A stretch of 64,000 nt of DNA from Eledone cirrhosa. Lineage: Eukaryota. Shown piece after piece: positions 39,233 to 52,687 of the stretch (its first letter is position 1; every line of letters starts with the position of its first letter). The stretch lies in the NCBI GenBank assembly GCA_964016885.1, contig OZ024741.1, forward strand, positions 44,578,001-44,642,000, read 5' to 3'. The notes beneath the pieces are model-generated. The model was not told the DNA's origin. It did no database searches and saw only the letters and a program-made list of their open reading frames with translations. A program made the translations under genes and the position numbers.

Positions 39233-41323
39233 GCAGGTTCCATTCTATGATATGCCACTGGTGGGTTATTGAAGATGACTCCACAAAGCTCTGCTGACAT
39301 ATGATTTAGTTCAAACACACTCACAGTAGCATCACAAAGGCCGTAATCAAACCCATTGGTTGAACATAGTTCCAGGCTTTCACAAGTCTTGCCTCCTTGA
39401 ATATATGAGATCATCTACTCACACTGGGATCAAGTCAGTTGTACAATCATTAACAGTATAGTATTTCAACATGGCACGCCTTTGATAGCTCAACGATAAG
39501 CGTGTTAAGAGCCCATGTTGTTTTGAATGAAAATGTTGTTAACAACAATAGCCAAAGCAGCAAAATCACCAACAACAACAACAGTTAAATATGAGGTAGT
39601 AGCTATCGGTATCAATGAGTGCAGCAGCAGGAGTAGTAGTGATAATAGAAGTGATGGTATTAGTAGCTCCATCATAGTTGTTATATAATATCATAGAGGG
39701 ATAAGTATAAAAGGGAAATATGATAAAAATGAAATAAAAAGTAATAGGAATCAAATAGAGAAAAACAATAATGAAATAACACATAAAAAGTACATAAAAT
39801 AGAAAAAAATAAGAAAGTATGTAAAAAAAATGTATTAATGATAAATAGAAAAGGAAGAGATACATCAACAAAAATATACAAGTAGTGAAAAATATAGCAG
39901 TACAGAGATTTTAAAGAAATATACGTTGTACAGTATAAACACTTAAATGCAGTGAGAAGAAAAGGACCCTAAGTATTAATGTAGTTAATGAAAGATGGAT
40001 ATAGTATTATGGCTTGATGAATGTTGTCAGCTATTTCAGATATATAAACTTGCTCTCCTAGAGGGAATTTGAATGGGTTATAACTAACTACTCTTCATAA
40101 TCGGTCAAATCTTATTGTGTCGTGGACTACTCTATCATGTATCCAGGATAGGTGGGTGGTTAAATCAAAGCATCAGTGGAATATTGTGACTATTCGAGAG
40201 TGAGTGAATGTCCATTCTAACGTTAATCTGTGTCTTTGGTGTAGATGACTTGTATTTATGTCTGAAAACAGTGTGTTAGCTATATTGAGAGTCTGAAAAG
40301 GTTCCATATGGTATGTAGGGATAATTTCACATAGGCTTCATCGATGGTGGGTGTTCTATCTAGGACCACACAAAAGTGAGTTTACATTCCATATCGCTTA
40401 AGGAAAATCCCGCACTCAGGTGCAAACATGCATGAAAGAAAGCTGCAGTTAATTTGTTGCAATCCACCCTCTAAGTATCTCAATAGTCTCACACAGAGAG
40501 GAGCTACCGCCGTCTAGGATTATCTCATATCCCATGATTTAGCTATTTGTAGTAGTCTACATGTCGTCCTAACTGTGGTAGATGACTTTTCTCCCTTTTT
40601 CATAAACCTGATTGATTGACTCAGTTTTCTTTGAGTTGGTGTTCCATGCTTTTCTGTTGATCCAGAAAGTTGACAAGCGCCATGACGCCCTGTATTTCTC
40701 CCATGAGTAAGAGCTATTTTACATTCTGATAAAATCTGGAATATGATGTCTCTTGTTCCAAATGACCTACATAATCGTATGTATGTATATATATATATAT
40801 ATATATATATCCCACCACCACCCCACTCTCAAGAGCGTGAAATTAATAAACATTCGTTGTACTGCCTCTCTGTTTTGTTCCTGTTCAAATTTTCCATTAT
40901 ATATAATACACGCTCACACGGCTTCCATTCCTTTGGAATATAACTTAACTACCGGCTCAACCCCGATCTAATCCGCCGTGACCACTCTCTGAACTTTACA
41001 CACCTTCCCACACTTGTTCTTTCCTTCCACGCATTACCTTTGTTTGATTTTGTTACTGTACTTGTTTATTTCCGTATCTGATTTTTTGCCTGTGTTTTTA
41101 CAATTTTATTTCTATGATTTTCTGTTCACGATTGCCTGTGTTTTTACCTTTATGATTTTTTGTCTTTAATTTTTCTCCGTATACTCTCCCCTCCTTACGT
41201 TTTTCTGTTTCATTTTCCCTTCCCCGTCTCTGCCTCTCCTTCGCACTCACTCCTTTGTTCACTCCAGCCCGCTTCACACACCTGCTTTCTCATCCCTCCC
41301 CCTGCTTTCACCCAACGCCCACC

Positions 41324-44090
41324 ATGCCCAGCCTGAGATCCTTTCTCCACCAACTACACACTAGCCTCAAACTTTTCCTCACCCCCCTCCTCCCACCCTG
41401 CTATCTCCCCTCTGCCCTTCAACTCTCCTACATTCTCTTCGCCAAAACCCGGCACTCCAGCCACATCCATTTCCTCAGCCACTGCCTCCGCCTCCACCTT
41501 ATCCCCCTCGGCTTCCGTCTACATTTCCACCCTTCCCCCGCCGCTTCCCCCTCCACGCAACGTATCCTCACCCGATCCTCACGCCTCCTGATGCGCAACT
41601 CCATCCGCGCCTCCCGTTCCACCCTCCGCCAACTTGACCACCAACTGACACCCACCCTCCTCCGCCTTAACTCCACCTGCCACTCCATCCTTGCCCAAGC
41701 CATCCTCTCCTTCATCCAAAACCTCAACCACGACCTCTTCTCCTCCTCAGCTCCACCAAAGCCCGCAAGCTACACTCACTCCTTCCAACCACCCCCATCC
41801 ACCACCACCCGCCCATCCCCATCAGCCCACCACTCTCCACCCCTCCCTCGACCCACACCCCTACCCAATCTCCACCCTCCACCTCACCCCTCACCACACC
41901 CTCCCTTCCCCCACACACCCAAACCCCACCGCTTGTTGTCACCATACCCCCTCACCTCCCACTCTCCGCACCTGAGCGCTCACTCCTTAGTAGAGGCCTC
42001 CGCTTCATACCCCAAACTCCGCACAGCGACGAGTTCCGCACCCGAACGGAAGCCGAGCGATTCGTGCGACGCACGAAGCTACAGGCACATTTCGGCCGAA
42101 CGGCACCGGCTCCGGACGCCCCAGACCCGTTTCTCGCCCTGGGCCGACGACCATCTTCTTGGACGCGGGCCCCAGGGCAATTTAGCACCCTGGACGCGTT
42201 TGTCGATGCCAGCCGTAGCGCCGTAAATCGTGTCGCCTTCCGCCACCGTTCCAAACGGAATAATATCTCACGGGGCGAACTCCTCGCTCTCCGCTCCCTC
42301 CGTAGGCGAGATGACATCGTCATCAAACCGGTGGACAAGGGAGGCGCCGTGGTGGTGTGGTGCGCGGACGTATACACGGCCGAAGCCCTCAAGTAGCTCC
42401 GTAACCCCTCTTCTACCGCCCTCTACCCTCCAATCCCACACCACTCTACCAGCAACAAGTTTCCTCCACCATCCAACACCTTCTCTCCTCCTCCCTCCCC
42501 GCCCACCACTTCCCACCTCATCGTCCGCATCCCCCGCACCCCCACCATCTACTTCCTCCCCAAACTCCACAAACCCGACAACCCCGGCCGCCCCATCGAC
42601 TCCGCTTGCAACTGCCCCACCGATCTCATCTACGCCTTTCTCGACTCTATCCTCGCCCCCTTGTCACCACCCTCCCCTCCCACATCTCCGACACCAACCA
42701 CGCCCTGCGCCTTTTCGACTCCTTCACCTACCCACCCGGCCCACAGCCCTTCCTCTTCACCCTAGACATCAAGTCCCTCTATACCGTCATCCCCCACGCC
42801 GACGGTCTACGCGCCCTCAAACACTACCTCGAGCTTCGCCCCTCCCCCATCCACTCCACCCCCACCCGCCTTCGCCTCGCCGAGCTGGTCCTCACCCTCA
42901 ATTGTTTCTCCTTCTCGGGTGAGTTTTACCAACAGGTCACGGGGGTAGCCATGGGTACAAGAATGGGCCCGAACTATGCCAACCTTTTTGTTGGCCATGT
43001 TGAGGCCCAAATCTTTGCCCAGTACACCGGCCCCACGCCCGAAGTGTACGGTCGTTACATCGACGACTGTATCGGAGCCACGACTCTCACCCGAGAACAG
43101 CTCGACTCCTTTCTCTCCTTCTTCTGCTCCTTCCACCCCTCCCTCCACTTCACCACCTCTATCTCCACCACCCACGCCCACTTCATAGACATCTCCGTCG
43201 CCGTCGACCCCTACCACCACTCCCTCGTCACCTCCGCCTTCTTCAAACCACCGACTCCCACTCTTACCTCGACTTCACCTCTTCCCACCCCCCACACACT
43301 AAACACTCTATTCCCTACTCCCAACTCCTCAGGATCCGCCGCCTCTGTAGCCGAGATGCTGACTTCGAGTCCCAGGCCCTTTCCCTAGTCAGCCATTTTA
43401 TCCGCAGAGGTTACCACCCCGCCTCTCGTCCACACCGCTATCACCCGCGCCCGTGCTGTCCAACACTCCACCACCCTCACCCCACGCCACCGCACACCCA
43501 CCCACCGTCTCCCCTTCCCCATCACCTACCACCCCTCCAACTTACCCCCCCCCACCCCACCATCCGCCGCCTCTTCCGACGCCTCCAGTCCGACCCCTCC
43601 ACCTCCCACATCTTCCCAACCCCACCACTCCCCTCCTTCAAACGCGCACGCAATTTCCGCACCCTTCCTCGTCCACAGCTCCCTACCCCCCCACGCTCCC
43701 CCCCGGTTCCTTTCCCTGTTCTAGGCCCCGCTGCAACACCAGTCCCCACATCACCAACACCACCACCTTCCAGGGTCCCAACGGCCACTCTCTCTCCGTC
43801 CGGCATGCCTTCCGCTGCACCTCCTCCAACCTAGTCTACGGACTTACGTCGGACAGACGGGTCGTCGCCTGGCGGACAGATTCACTGAGCACCTCCGGGA
43901 TATTCGTCTCGGTGGTAGTTCCCCCATCGCCCGCGTCTTTGGTGCCCCTGGACATTCCGCACGCCATCTCACAGTCTGTGGCCTACTCCAATGCCACGAA
44001 ACACCCGCCAATCTCCTCAGAGTTGAACAAAGAACCATTTTCATCTTACAGACCCACACTCCCCCCGGCCTGAACTCCTCTCACTTATTC
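41324..44090 (+). pseudogene. Frameshifted PLE polyprotein (RT + CxxxxC linker + GIY-YIG endonuclease)
   Basis: IKPVDKGGAVVVW, LPKLHKP, LDIKSLYTVIPH, GVAMGTRMGPNYANLF, RYIDDC, FPCSRPRCNT, CTSSNLVY and YVGQTGRRLADRFTEH, spread over several frames. Confidence 0.93.
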
Positions 44091-45495
44091 CTTTAGCCTT
44101 CGACCGCCCCCTTCCCCCACACATATCCCCCACTAACACCACTAACACACCGCTCCTTTTCACCGCCCACCCCACAACTAACAATACTAACACCTCCACT
44201 CCACCCCTCATCCGACCACCCTTCCCCAACTAACATACTAACATCCCTCCCTTCTTCTCCTCCCTCCCTCCTTATCACACGCACACACCCACCGGCACAT
44301 ATATACACGCGCTCACACTAAACACACACCCTACTACCACCACAAACCCTCACCCCCACACATCCACCCCACCACCTCGCAACTAACATCACTAACACCC
44401 CCTGACCCCAAGCACACGAACACACGCACCCACTTACACCACCCACCCTACACGCAACTAACATCGCTAACACCCCCTAACCCCACGCACACGTACACAC
44501 ACACCCTCTTACACCACCAACTCTATACACCCTACCACCACTAACCCCCACTCACACCCGCATTCAACCCTTTCTCGACCTCCCGTATACTAACACCCAC
44601 TAACACCCCCTTCATCAAACTACACACACACCAGTACACCACACTCCCTCCATCGACCCCCACACCCTTCTCTCCCCGCTCCACCCACACCCTTTCTCAA
44701 ACACTCACTCATCCCACTAACACCTCTACTAATACCCACACACACCCTCCTCACTCCAACTTTCACACCTACCCATCCTCGCCCCTTTACCATTCCACTC
44801 TACTGCTGCTATGCCCTCTGACCACCTCCCAGCACACACAGACACATAGCACTCCTACTGCCTTGACCACTTCCTGTTGCGCGCGCACCCCACATCTCCC
44901 CTCTTTCGACCATCTCTTCACGGATTACTCGTATGTGGACCTTGACCGCGGAATCAAGTACCATCCTAGGATTTTACCAACCATTCCACAATATCTTCTT
45001 ACAGAATCACCCTTTTGACTCACCCACACACACACCCCCAAACATTCTTTTCCCACACGCCACCTACACCCACAACACGCTTAAACCCCACACGCACGTG
45101 CGTTCCGCCACATATTTACACATTCAGCCTCCGGATTCATGTCCCCCCACCCCTCTATCCACACACGCACACACACTCCGACCTACACCCCACACACACC
45201 TCTTCCTGAACATGCAACCCCGTTCTTCCCCAACCCTTGCTTTCACATACACACACACACACACACACCACCTTCAGCTCTCCCCGCTCGGACACCTCGT
45301 CTCCCTCTCCCCACTCCACCCGCCACCACCCCTACACTCCCCACACCCTTCCACCACCTGTTTTACCCTATTTTAATTTTATTTTGATCATGCTTTTATT
45401 TTTAATTTCATTCGCACCGTTTCCTCCCACCCCCTTTTCGCTATATGCCTCTCCACCACTCCCCCACACACCCTTTGAACTCTCTTCCCACACAC

Positions 45496-45530
45496 TTTTC
45501 ACCTGAAGAAGGGATTATGCCCGCAACGTC
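45496..45530 (+). ncRNA. Degenerate minimal hammerhead motif at the start of the 3' pLTR
   Basis: TTTTCAC-CTGAAGA-aGGGattatgCCC-GCAAC-GTC (GAAA>GCAA). Confidence 0.55.
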
Positions 45531-45641
45531 TTTCCCCACCACTACCCATCTCTCAAGAGCGTGAAATTAATAAACATTCTTTGTACTGCCTCTCTGTTTT
45601 GTTCCTGTTCAAATTTTCCATGATATATATATATATATATA

Positions 45642-45812
45642 TGAAAACCTATATCCGAACCGGAGTTCGGATCTAGCCTTCGAAACGGCCGGAGCACTGC
45701 CGTCGGGGATCCTGACTCTTTTCCTATTTCCTATTACCCACACTACTACTCTAAGTATCGAGTACTCTGGTGCGTTATGGTCCACCTGGCTTCTTACCAC
45801 ACTTTCTTTCTT
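45642..45812 (+). mobile_element. N-family mini-insertion
   Basis: AGTTCGGATCTAGCC..GCCGTCGGGG..CTTACCACACTT..TTATA preceded by a tiny inverted stub ATCCGAAC. Confidence 0.8.
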
Positions 45813-46065
45813 ATATATATGTATATATATATATATATACGGGATAACAAATTATTGTTATAGGTAGTTCACTTAGATGTAGTCCAGTTAGGGTACTCCA
45901 AATAGTGGATAGTATCAACGCTTGGCTAAGTTTGACTTAACAAGGCGTTTCCATAGTGATGTTGCGAGTACGCGGTGATTTCTATGTTGTTTCCACTTGG
46001 AGTAATGATAAATCAAGAAAGAAGAGTGACACGGTTTGCTATACAATAAGGGCTTTAATTACATT

Positions 46066-46172
46066 GCTGACAATTGTTTCTCTGAACTGGTATGTCTAGA
46101 GATCGCTACCCGCCTGTTTCTGCGTCAATCGATCACCAATACATAGTTATAACCAGTCAATTCATCAGAGCT
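46066..46172 (-). ncRNA. Type I hammerhead with canonical core and enlarged stem-loop II
   Basis: GCT-CTGATGA-attgACTGGT..(about 60 nt)..ACCAGTtcaga-GAAAC-AATT-GTC-AGC. Confidence 0.7.
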
Positions 46173-47000
46173 AGCGAGAATGAAGGGAATACACAGGCAT
46201 GGCTTCTATATATACTAGTGGCATTCAATCAGAACAATAACAACAATACTAACAATACTAGCAATAAATTAGTTGAAATAATCACAACATCAATCTAAGT
46301 AAGACATAGAGTATACTTATGGCTTTAGCATGTAAAACGAGCTGATATGAGGCAGATGTATGAAATTGACATGTAAAAACTGTCATGGTGTGTATTATAT
46401 ATAGTGTAGAGATAAACCGGGGCTTTAAACAATGTACCATTTCCATTAACGTAGGTTTGGTGACCGGAAGAATTATTTATTATCTGACAGATAAAATATT
46501 TTCATTGTAGTGAGGATAGTAATTTTTGTTGTGTAAAGCTGATTCAATATTTAAGTGGACTATATTAGATGAAGGGATTGTTAGTTCGAATCATAGGGTT
46601 GTTTAGCTTTCACATCACCAATAACATACATGTATAAGATAACATTGACAGAGTAGCAATATAATAGGTAAGTTAATACAGAGGTTAAGGAGGCAAAATA
46701 TATATAGAGAGAAAACATGCTGACTACAATTATAACAACAGGAGGAAGGTGATGTTTTACTGTGGTAGTATTCTGATAATGTACTTGGATTTAGGTTCAT
46801 CTGTTGAGAATCAAGGGTGAGGAAGTTGTGTTGACAGCAGCTGAGAAGAGATATATTTATGGGTTGATAAGATATTTGCAGACATTACTGTGGTATAGAA
46901 TTAAGGAGGCTAGAGCTGCTTAAAAAATATTATAGTTCTGTGCTGGTCTGTGTAAGAGTGTGGAGTTCATATGTTGAATACTAAGTTACGTTGGTTCAAT

Positions 47001-47324
47001 TCACGGTGGCTTAAATCTTGTAAATTTAGTAGCGATCCTGTGTCTGCAGAACATTGATCTTTCTATCTTGTTGTTGAGTAGCCTTTTTTCATTCCTAAGG
47101 ATATACAGTAATTCAAGATCACAGAGCCTACAATAGGACATACCGGTACTATATGCCCTTGCGGCCGACAACCTCGACCAGTTGATATTGTAGTTGATGT
47201 TATTGTCCTTAAGTTCCCAGATTGTTTTGGCGAGGGTTGTAAAACTAATTAGTGCAGGGTTCTTCATCGAGTGTCTGTGCACATACCATCTTTTTTTAAA
47301 AGTACCCGCGGTGGATCCAATATA
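47001..47324 (-). pseudogene. C-terminal fragment of PLE GIY-YIG endonuclease
   Basis: YIGSTAGTFKKRWYVHRHS..TTLAKTIWELK..INW..A.AY..CRLCDLE..LLNNKIE..CRH. Confidence 0.88.
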
Positions 47325-47350
47325 TATATATATATATAGGTGTGTGTGTG

Positions 47351-47575
47351 AAGGCGCGTGGCTGAGTGGTAAGAGAATTGAACTCTCAATCGTCAGGTTT
47401 TGAGTTCGATTCCTGGACTGGGCGATGCATTATGTCCTTGGGCAAGACACTTTATTTCACGTTGCTTCTTCTACCTGGAGTTGCGACCGATAGATAGTAT
47501 TAGCAATTGGAAAGACCAATGCAAACATTGTTTCCTCGGTCAGATTTGACGAAAGTCAATTGACTAAAACAAATA
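47351..47575 (+). mobile_element. tRNA-SINE family B
   Basis: GGCGCGTGGCTGAGTGG, GAGTTCGATTCC and TGTCCTTGGGCAAGACACTT. Confidence 0.88.
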
Positions 47576-47596
47576 AAAAATTAAATAAAAATATAT

Positions 47597-47642
<46 letters not shown>

Positions 47643-47645
<3 letters not shown>

Positions 47646-48340
47646 AAGGCAACGGAAAGAGAGGAAGATGAGAGATAAGTCCATGATATCTGTGAACTTA
47701 AGTTCGAGCAAATCTTGGACGAGTACAAAAAGACACGTCCAGACCCTGTGAAATGTGAGCGAGAAAAGTATTTCACACCGGTCAGACGGGAGGAATTGAG
47801 AGAGGGGAGTAGCAGAGAGTGAGTGAGTGAAAGTGTGGGGAAGAGGCCAGCCGAGATAGGGTGACTGGCAGAGGGGTGAATGAAGGTAAGCTTTCTCTCT
47901 ACTTGTATCTCTTTTACCTTCATTCACCTCCTCTGCCAGTCACCCTCTCTTGGCTGGCCTCTTCCCCACACTTTCACTCACTCACTCTCTGCTACTCCCC
48001 CTCTCTCACTTGCTCCCGTCTGACCGGTGTGAAATCCTTTTCTCGCTCACATTTCACAGGGTCTGGCCGCGTCTTTTTCTCCTCGTCCACGATTTTCTCG
48101 AACTTAAGTTCACAGATATCACGGACTTATCTATCATCTTCCTCTCTTTCCGTTGCCTTACCATCTCTGTTTGTTTACACGTCTCGCTTTCACCACCAAA
48201 TTTTTTTGTCCCAATAACTTTTTTTAGTTATAGCTCGCACCAGCCGGAGGTATATGGTCTTTAATGCGAAGAAATACCGATGATGGCTGGAAGATCACTG
48301 ATGCGGACAGTCCTGTCTTCTTGCTCTAATTTTATTCAAA
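47643..48340. mobile_element. S-family head-to-head insertion
   Basis: Arms about 47643-47889 and 47914-48161 (diverged). The plus arm continues through the conserved hairpin and ATCACTGATG to TA-rich sequence. Confidence 0.8.
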
Positions 48341-48412
48341 TATATTTATATACATATATTTACATATATATATATTCAAACATACTCACTTATTTTAAAC
48401 CTGACAAAACGC

Positions 48413-48413
48413 A

Positions 48414-48476
<63 letters not shown>

Positions 48477-48522
48477 GCTGCTTCTGCTGCTTCTGCTGCT
48501 GCGGCTGCTGCTACTACTACTA

Positions 48523-48554
<32 letters not shown>

Positions 48555-48588
48555 ACTACTACTACTACTAATGATGATGATGATGATG

Positions 48589-48652
<64 letters not shown>

Positions 48653-48689
48653 CAACAACAGCAACAACAAAAACAACAACAACAACAAT
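48413..48689. repeat. Compound trinucleotide microsatellite (CTA)n(CTG)n(ATG)n(ATA)n(ACA)n
   Basis: Directly visible. Confidence 0.97.
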
Positions 48690-50791
48690 ACTCTGATGTT
48701 TCCGAATGCAGATTGTCATTTTCTAGTCTTTGATTAACTAATATGTATAATGTCTATCGTAGAAGTATTCCTATATGTAATGTCTAATCTTAATAGATCC
48801 GAAAATACTTAATCGTTAAGCAAACTTGTTAAGGAGACAGCATTTCTTTGGAGTAATTCTATTATAGATAACGTTGATAGAGAAGCTAGAAAGTAATTAT
48901 AACATCCTTCAAGCCAAGTTGTGACATTCTTCTGAAATTGTATAAAAACAAACACAAGAAAATAACACTTTATCAACAGTAACAATTACAATTTCTTTAC
49001 CATTAATGCATACTGAGTGTGTCGCCGAAAGAAATATATTTTCTGTTTTTCGTATTTAACGTAATATAATTAAACAATATTAAATGTACCAAGACTTATT
49101 CTATCTCCTTCAGCTACATGACATAGCAGATCCTGTTAATATCAATGAGATAATCTAAAATGATGAAATATCAGCGTAATAATTAATGATATTTTAGCAA
49201 GAATCTTGAATCCAAATCCATAATAATGGGAAAACAATCTCATTAATGAATATATGTGACATTTATATAAATTGATTTATATAGAAATTGCAGATATTCT
49301 GAGAAATTTCATTTTAGTTTTGCAATTTATTTGTCATTTCATGCTTTGTTTTTTGTTTTTTGTTTTTGTTTTTTTGGGGAAGGGTAGTCAATTTGTTTTG
49401 AAGCGTAACTGACTCTCTTAATTTGTATTGATTTATTTATTCATTCAAATTAAACGTCCGTATAGAGCTAGTAATTCATGACAAACTAGGGGAATTATCG
49501 AGTACTACTTACAGTTGGTTATCAAAAAGAGCTAGTGAGACAAGTAATTTAAAAAAATGTATACACACTTTGATTACCTGTATATGCAATATTTATTAGA
49601 ATATTGTTGTAGTGTGTATATATCTTTTGGGGACACCCTGATACATATATAAAAGGATTACTTTTTTTATGGATATTTATTCAAATTCAAATTTCGTTTG
49701 GTTTGTCATATTCTTATGCAGGCACAAGATCTTCAATTTTTGATGAATATAATTATAATATTTGCCAATGGATATGTGGGATCTCTAGATCTCACATCTC
49801 CATTGACAAACCAACCGAAATTTGAATTTGAATAAATTATTAAATATGTTTGTAGCGATCGGAGAGCGTCAAGTGCATGTGGGACATGTAATTTAAAAGT
49901 AATACATCAATACTGAAGTAAAGCTACTGGATTCTCTATGTACAACACTGATTTTCAGGCCAGTGACGGTCCGGCAACTTTTAATATCAAGATATAATTA
50001 TAGATGGACGCTTACCTATCCCTTAACCTACAAGATGAGATAATTCGTATGATGGGTTTACTACGTAGCATTAGGTTTGGTTGTAAAAGTTTCGCCTTTA
50101 TATGAACATAGTTGTTAATCTGGCACGAGTTTGGAATCATTGGTGCTATAAAATTACCGATATATCTTCATATAAGTTGACAATATATTGAGAGAATATC
50201 ACACAATGTATCATTATCTATACAAAAATGTGCATATAGCGTTTTGAAAACTATTAAATGTAGATATATCTTAATGGAAATTTTCAATAAATGATAAATG
50301 CATTTAAAATACAAGATATATGTATTTGAAATGTTATTAAACTACATTAAAACATCGTTGAAAAAATTATAATTTTTCCAACTACGATGTTTAGAATAAA
50401 TCGTAGGATTACTCGGTATAATTTTCCATCATTTGCAATTCATATTTCATATGTATTTCTTTTTTCCTGATTGCAATAATTTATTTTTTCGGATATAATT
50501 CCCATAATTGAAGATCTAGAAATGACTGTATCTTCTAATGCAAACGATGATTACGTAAATTGCATTAGCAATTAGGTATAAAGCAGGGATGGAATTCGTA
50601 GTTTTCTTTTCGTATATATTGGAATTCAAAGAATTCCTATCTCTGTAAACGTACAAACACATATATGCATATATATATATACGTGCTTATACGTACACAC
50701 ACACATAAACAAATACACACATACACGTGCACATACATACATACACATACACCCATCTACCTCTAGATATACAGACGGAGACAAACAAACT

Positions 50792-50864
<73 letters not shown>

Positions 50865-50976
50865 GTGTGTTAAAAAGTGAAAATCACATGGTAAGTATGT
50901 TCCATTTCATTGGAAATACTGGCAACATGCTCGTCCACAAATAAATCAATATATATATTGTTTATATATATATATT

Positions 50977-52055
50977 AGGTATAGGATTATCCTGGATGCA
51001 GTAGTGGTTAATTACTACACTGGATAGAGTTGACGTACGATGAGAGTTTACTCAACGAGTTATGGAAGAATAGTTCAAGAAACTCAGTTCCTGATCCTTC
51101 TGTATTCCGGAGTGTAGATAAAGAATGAATAATAACAGGTAGGCATCATAAAAAGGTAATTTATTCTGTGTGCTTACAAATGTTTCCACGGTGTTTATAC
51201 TGCCTTGTTATGCTATGTGCAAATTTATAACTATTTGCGAAACTCAATTATCAAATGTTGTGACCATTGTATCATCAGAGCAGAATGGTTAAAATATACA
51301 ATGTAAATAACCTTATGTGAGGTTATTGGAGAAGATAGAGTAGAAAAGGAAGAGAGAAAAGAAGGGAAGAGGGGGAGAGAGAGAGAGATATGCAGGGGTT
51401 GGAGAAATGGGAGAGAGTGGTTTGTAGATATCTTAATCAAAATGTTGTGGTAGGGGTTTTATTATACCGGTTACACTTAAAGCGACCACCTTAAGCGATG
51501 CGTTGATAGTCAAGGTTAGAATTATTTATTGCCACAGAGGGCAGGTTCGTCTGTCCCTTCTCTATCTCTCCCTCTCTATCCCCCTATATCTCTCTCTCTC
51601 TCTCGCCCTAGGGCCACCTCCCTCCCTCTCCACATCTATTAAGCTGCCCTCTGTGGCAATAAATAATACCAACCTTGACTATCAACGCATCGCTTAAGGT
51701 GGTCGTTTTAAGAGTAACCAGTATAATAAAACCCCTACCCCACCATTTTGATTAATATATCTACAAACCACTCTCTCCCATTTCTCCAACCCCTGCATAT
51801 CTCTCTCCCTCTACATTTCTTTTCTCTCTTCCTTTTCTACTCTATCTTCCCCAATAACCTCACATAAGGTTATTTACATTTTACATTTTAACCATTCTGC
51901 TCTGATGATACAGTGGTCACAGCATTTGATAATTGAGTTTTCCAAATAGTTATAAATTTGCACATAGCATAACTAGGCTGTATAACCACCGTGGAAACAT
52001 TTGTAAGCACACAGAATAAATTACCTTTTTATGATGTCTACCTGTTATTCATTCT

Positions 52056-52058
<3 letters not shown>
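50977..52058. mobile_element. Large asymmetric inverted PLE-type insertion
   Basis: Arms about 51123-51545 and 51643-52056 (diverged), left extension from 50977, (TA)n on both sides, hammerhead in each arm. Confidence 0.85.
51898..52009 (+). ncRNA. Type I hammerhead with canonical core and enlarged stem-loop II (mirror copy 51171-51282 minus)
   Basis: TGCT-CTGATGA-TACaGTGGT..(about 65 nt)..ACCACcGTG-GAAAC-ATTT-GTA-AGCA. Confidence 0.7.
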
Positions 52059-52098
<40 letters not shown>

Positions 52099-52107
52099 AT
52101 ATATATA

Positions 52108-52225
<118 letters not shown>

Positions 52226-52234
52226 ATATATACA

Positions 52235-52390
<156 letters not shown>

Positions 52391-52477
52391 CAAACTACGA
52401 GTTTTGAGAGCTTTCTCCTGCTTGCTGCTGTTTTTACCAAAACAATCCCTTCGGAACAATATTTATATATATATATA

Positions 52478-52676
52478 GGAACGAGTAGGACCCTGACGGC
52501 TGAGCTCAAGCCGTTTAACGGCTAATTCTGGACAGTCCAGAATTAGCCGTCGAAACGGCTTGAGTCCAGCCGTCGTGGTCCTACTCGTTCCTATTACCCA
52601 CTCTACTACCCTAAGTATTGATGAGTACTTTGGTGCGTTATGGTCCATCTGGTTCCTTACCACATTTACTTCGTTA
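52478..52676. mobile_element. N-family head-to-head mini-insertion
   Basis: Short minus arm 52478-52533 and long plus arm 52534-52676, meeting at CTGGAC|AGTCCAG. Confidence 0.85.
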
Positions 52677-52687
52677 TATATATATAT

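Larger units (their letters stand above)
40811..45622 (+). mobile_element. Near full-length degenerate Neptune-type Penelope-like retroelement
   Basis: About 90-bp direct pLTR repeats at 40811-40900 and about 45535-45622, (TA)n on both sides, RT-ZnF-GIY-YIG remnants, about 1.4-kb C/A-rich 3' UTR. Confidence 0.92.
45840..47324 (-). mobile_element. 5'-truncated PLE (probably Nematis-type): GIY-YIG end, 3' UTR, hammerhead and extension
   Basis: Coding remnant at 47001-47324, canonical hammerhead at 46066-46172, (TA)n on both sides. Confidence 0.85.

Noticed and set aside
39208-39414. Possible host exon (also 55654-55972)
   Set aside because: Non-repetitive short ORFs with no recognisable domain or convincing splice structure. 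Small exons cannot be excluded without RNA data.
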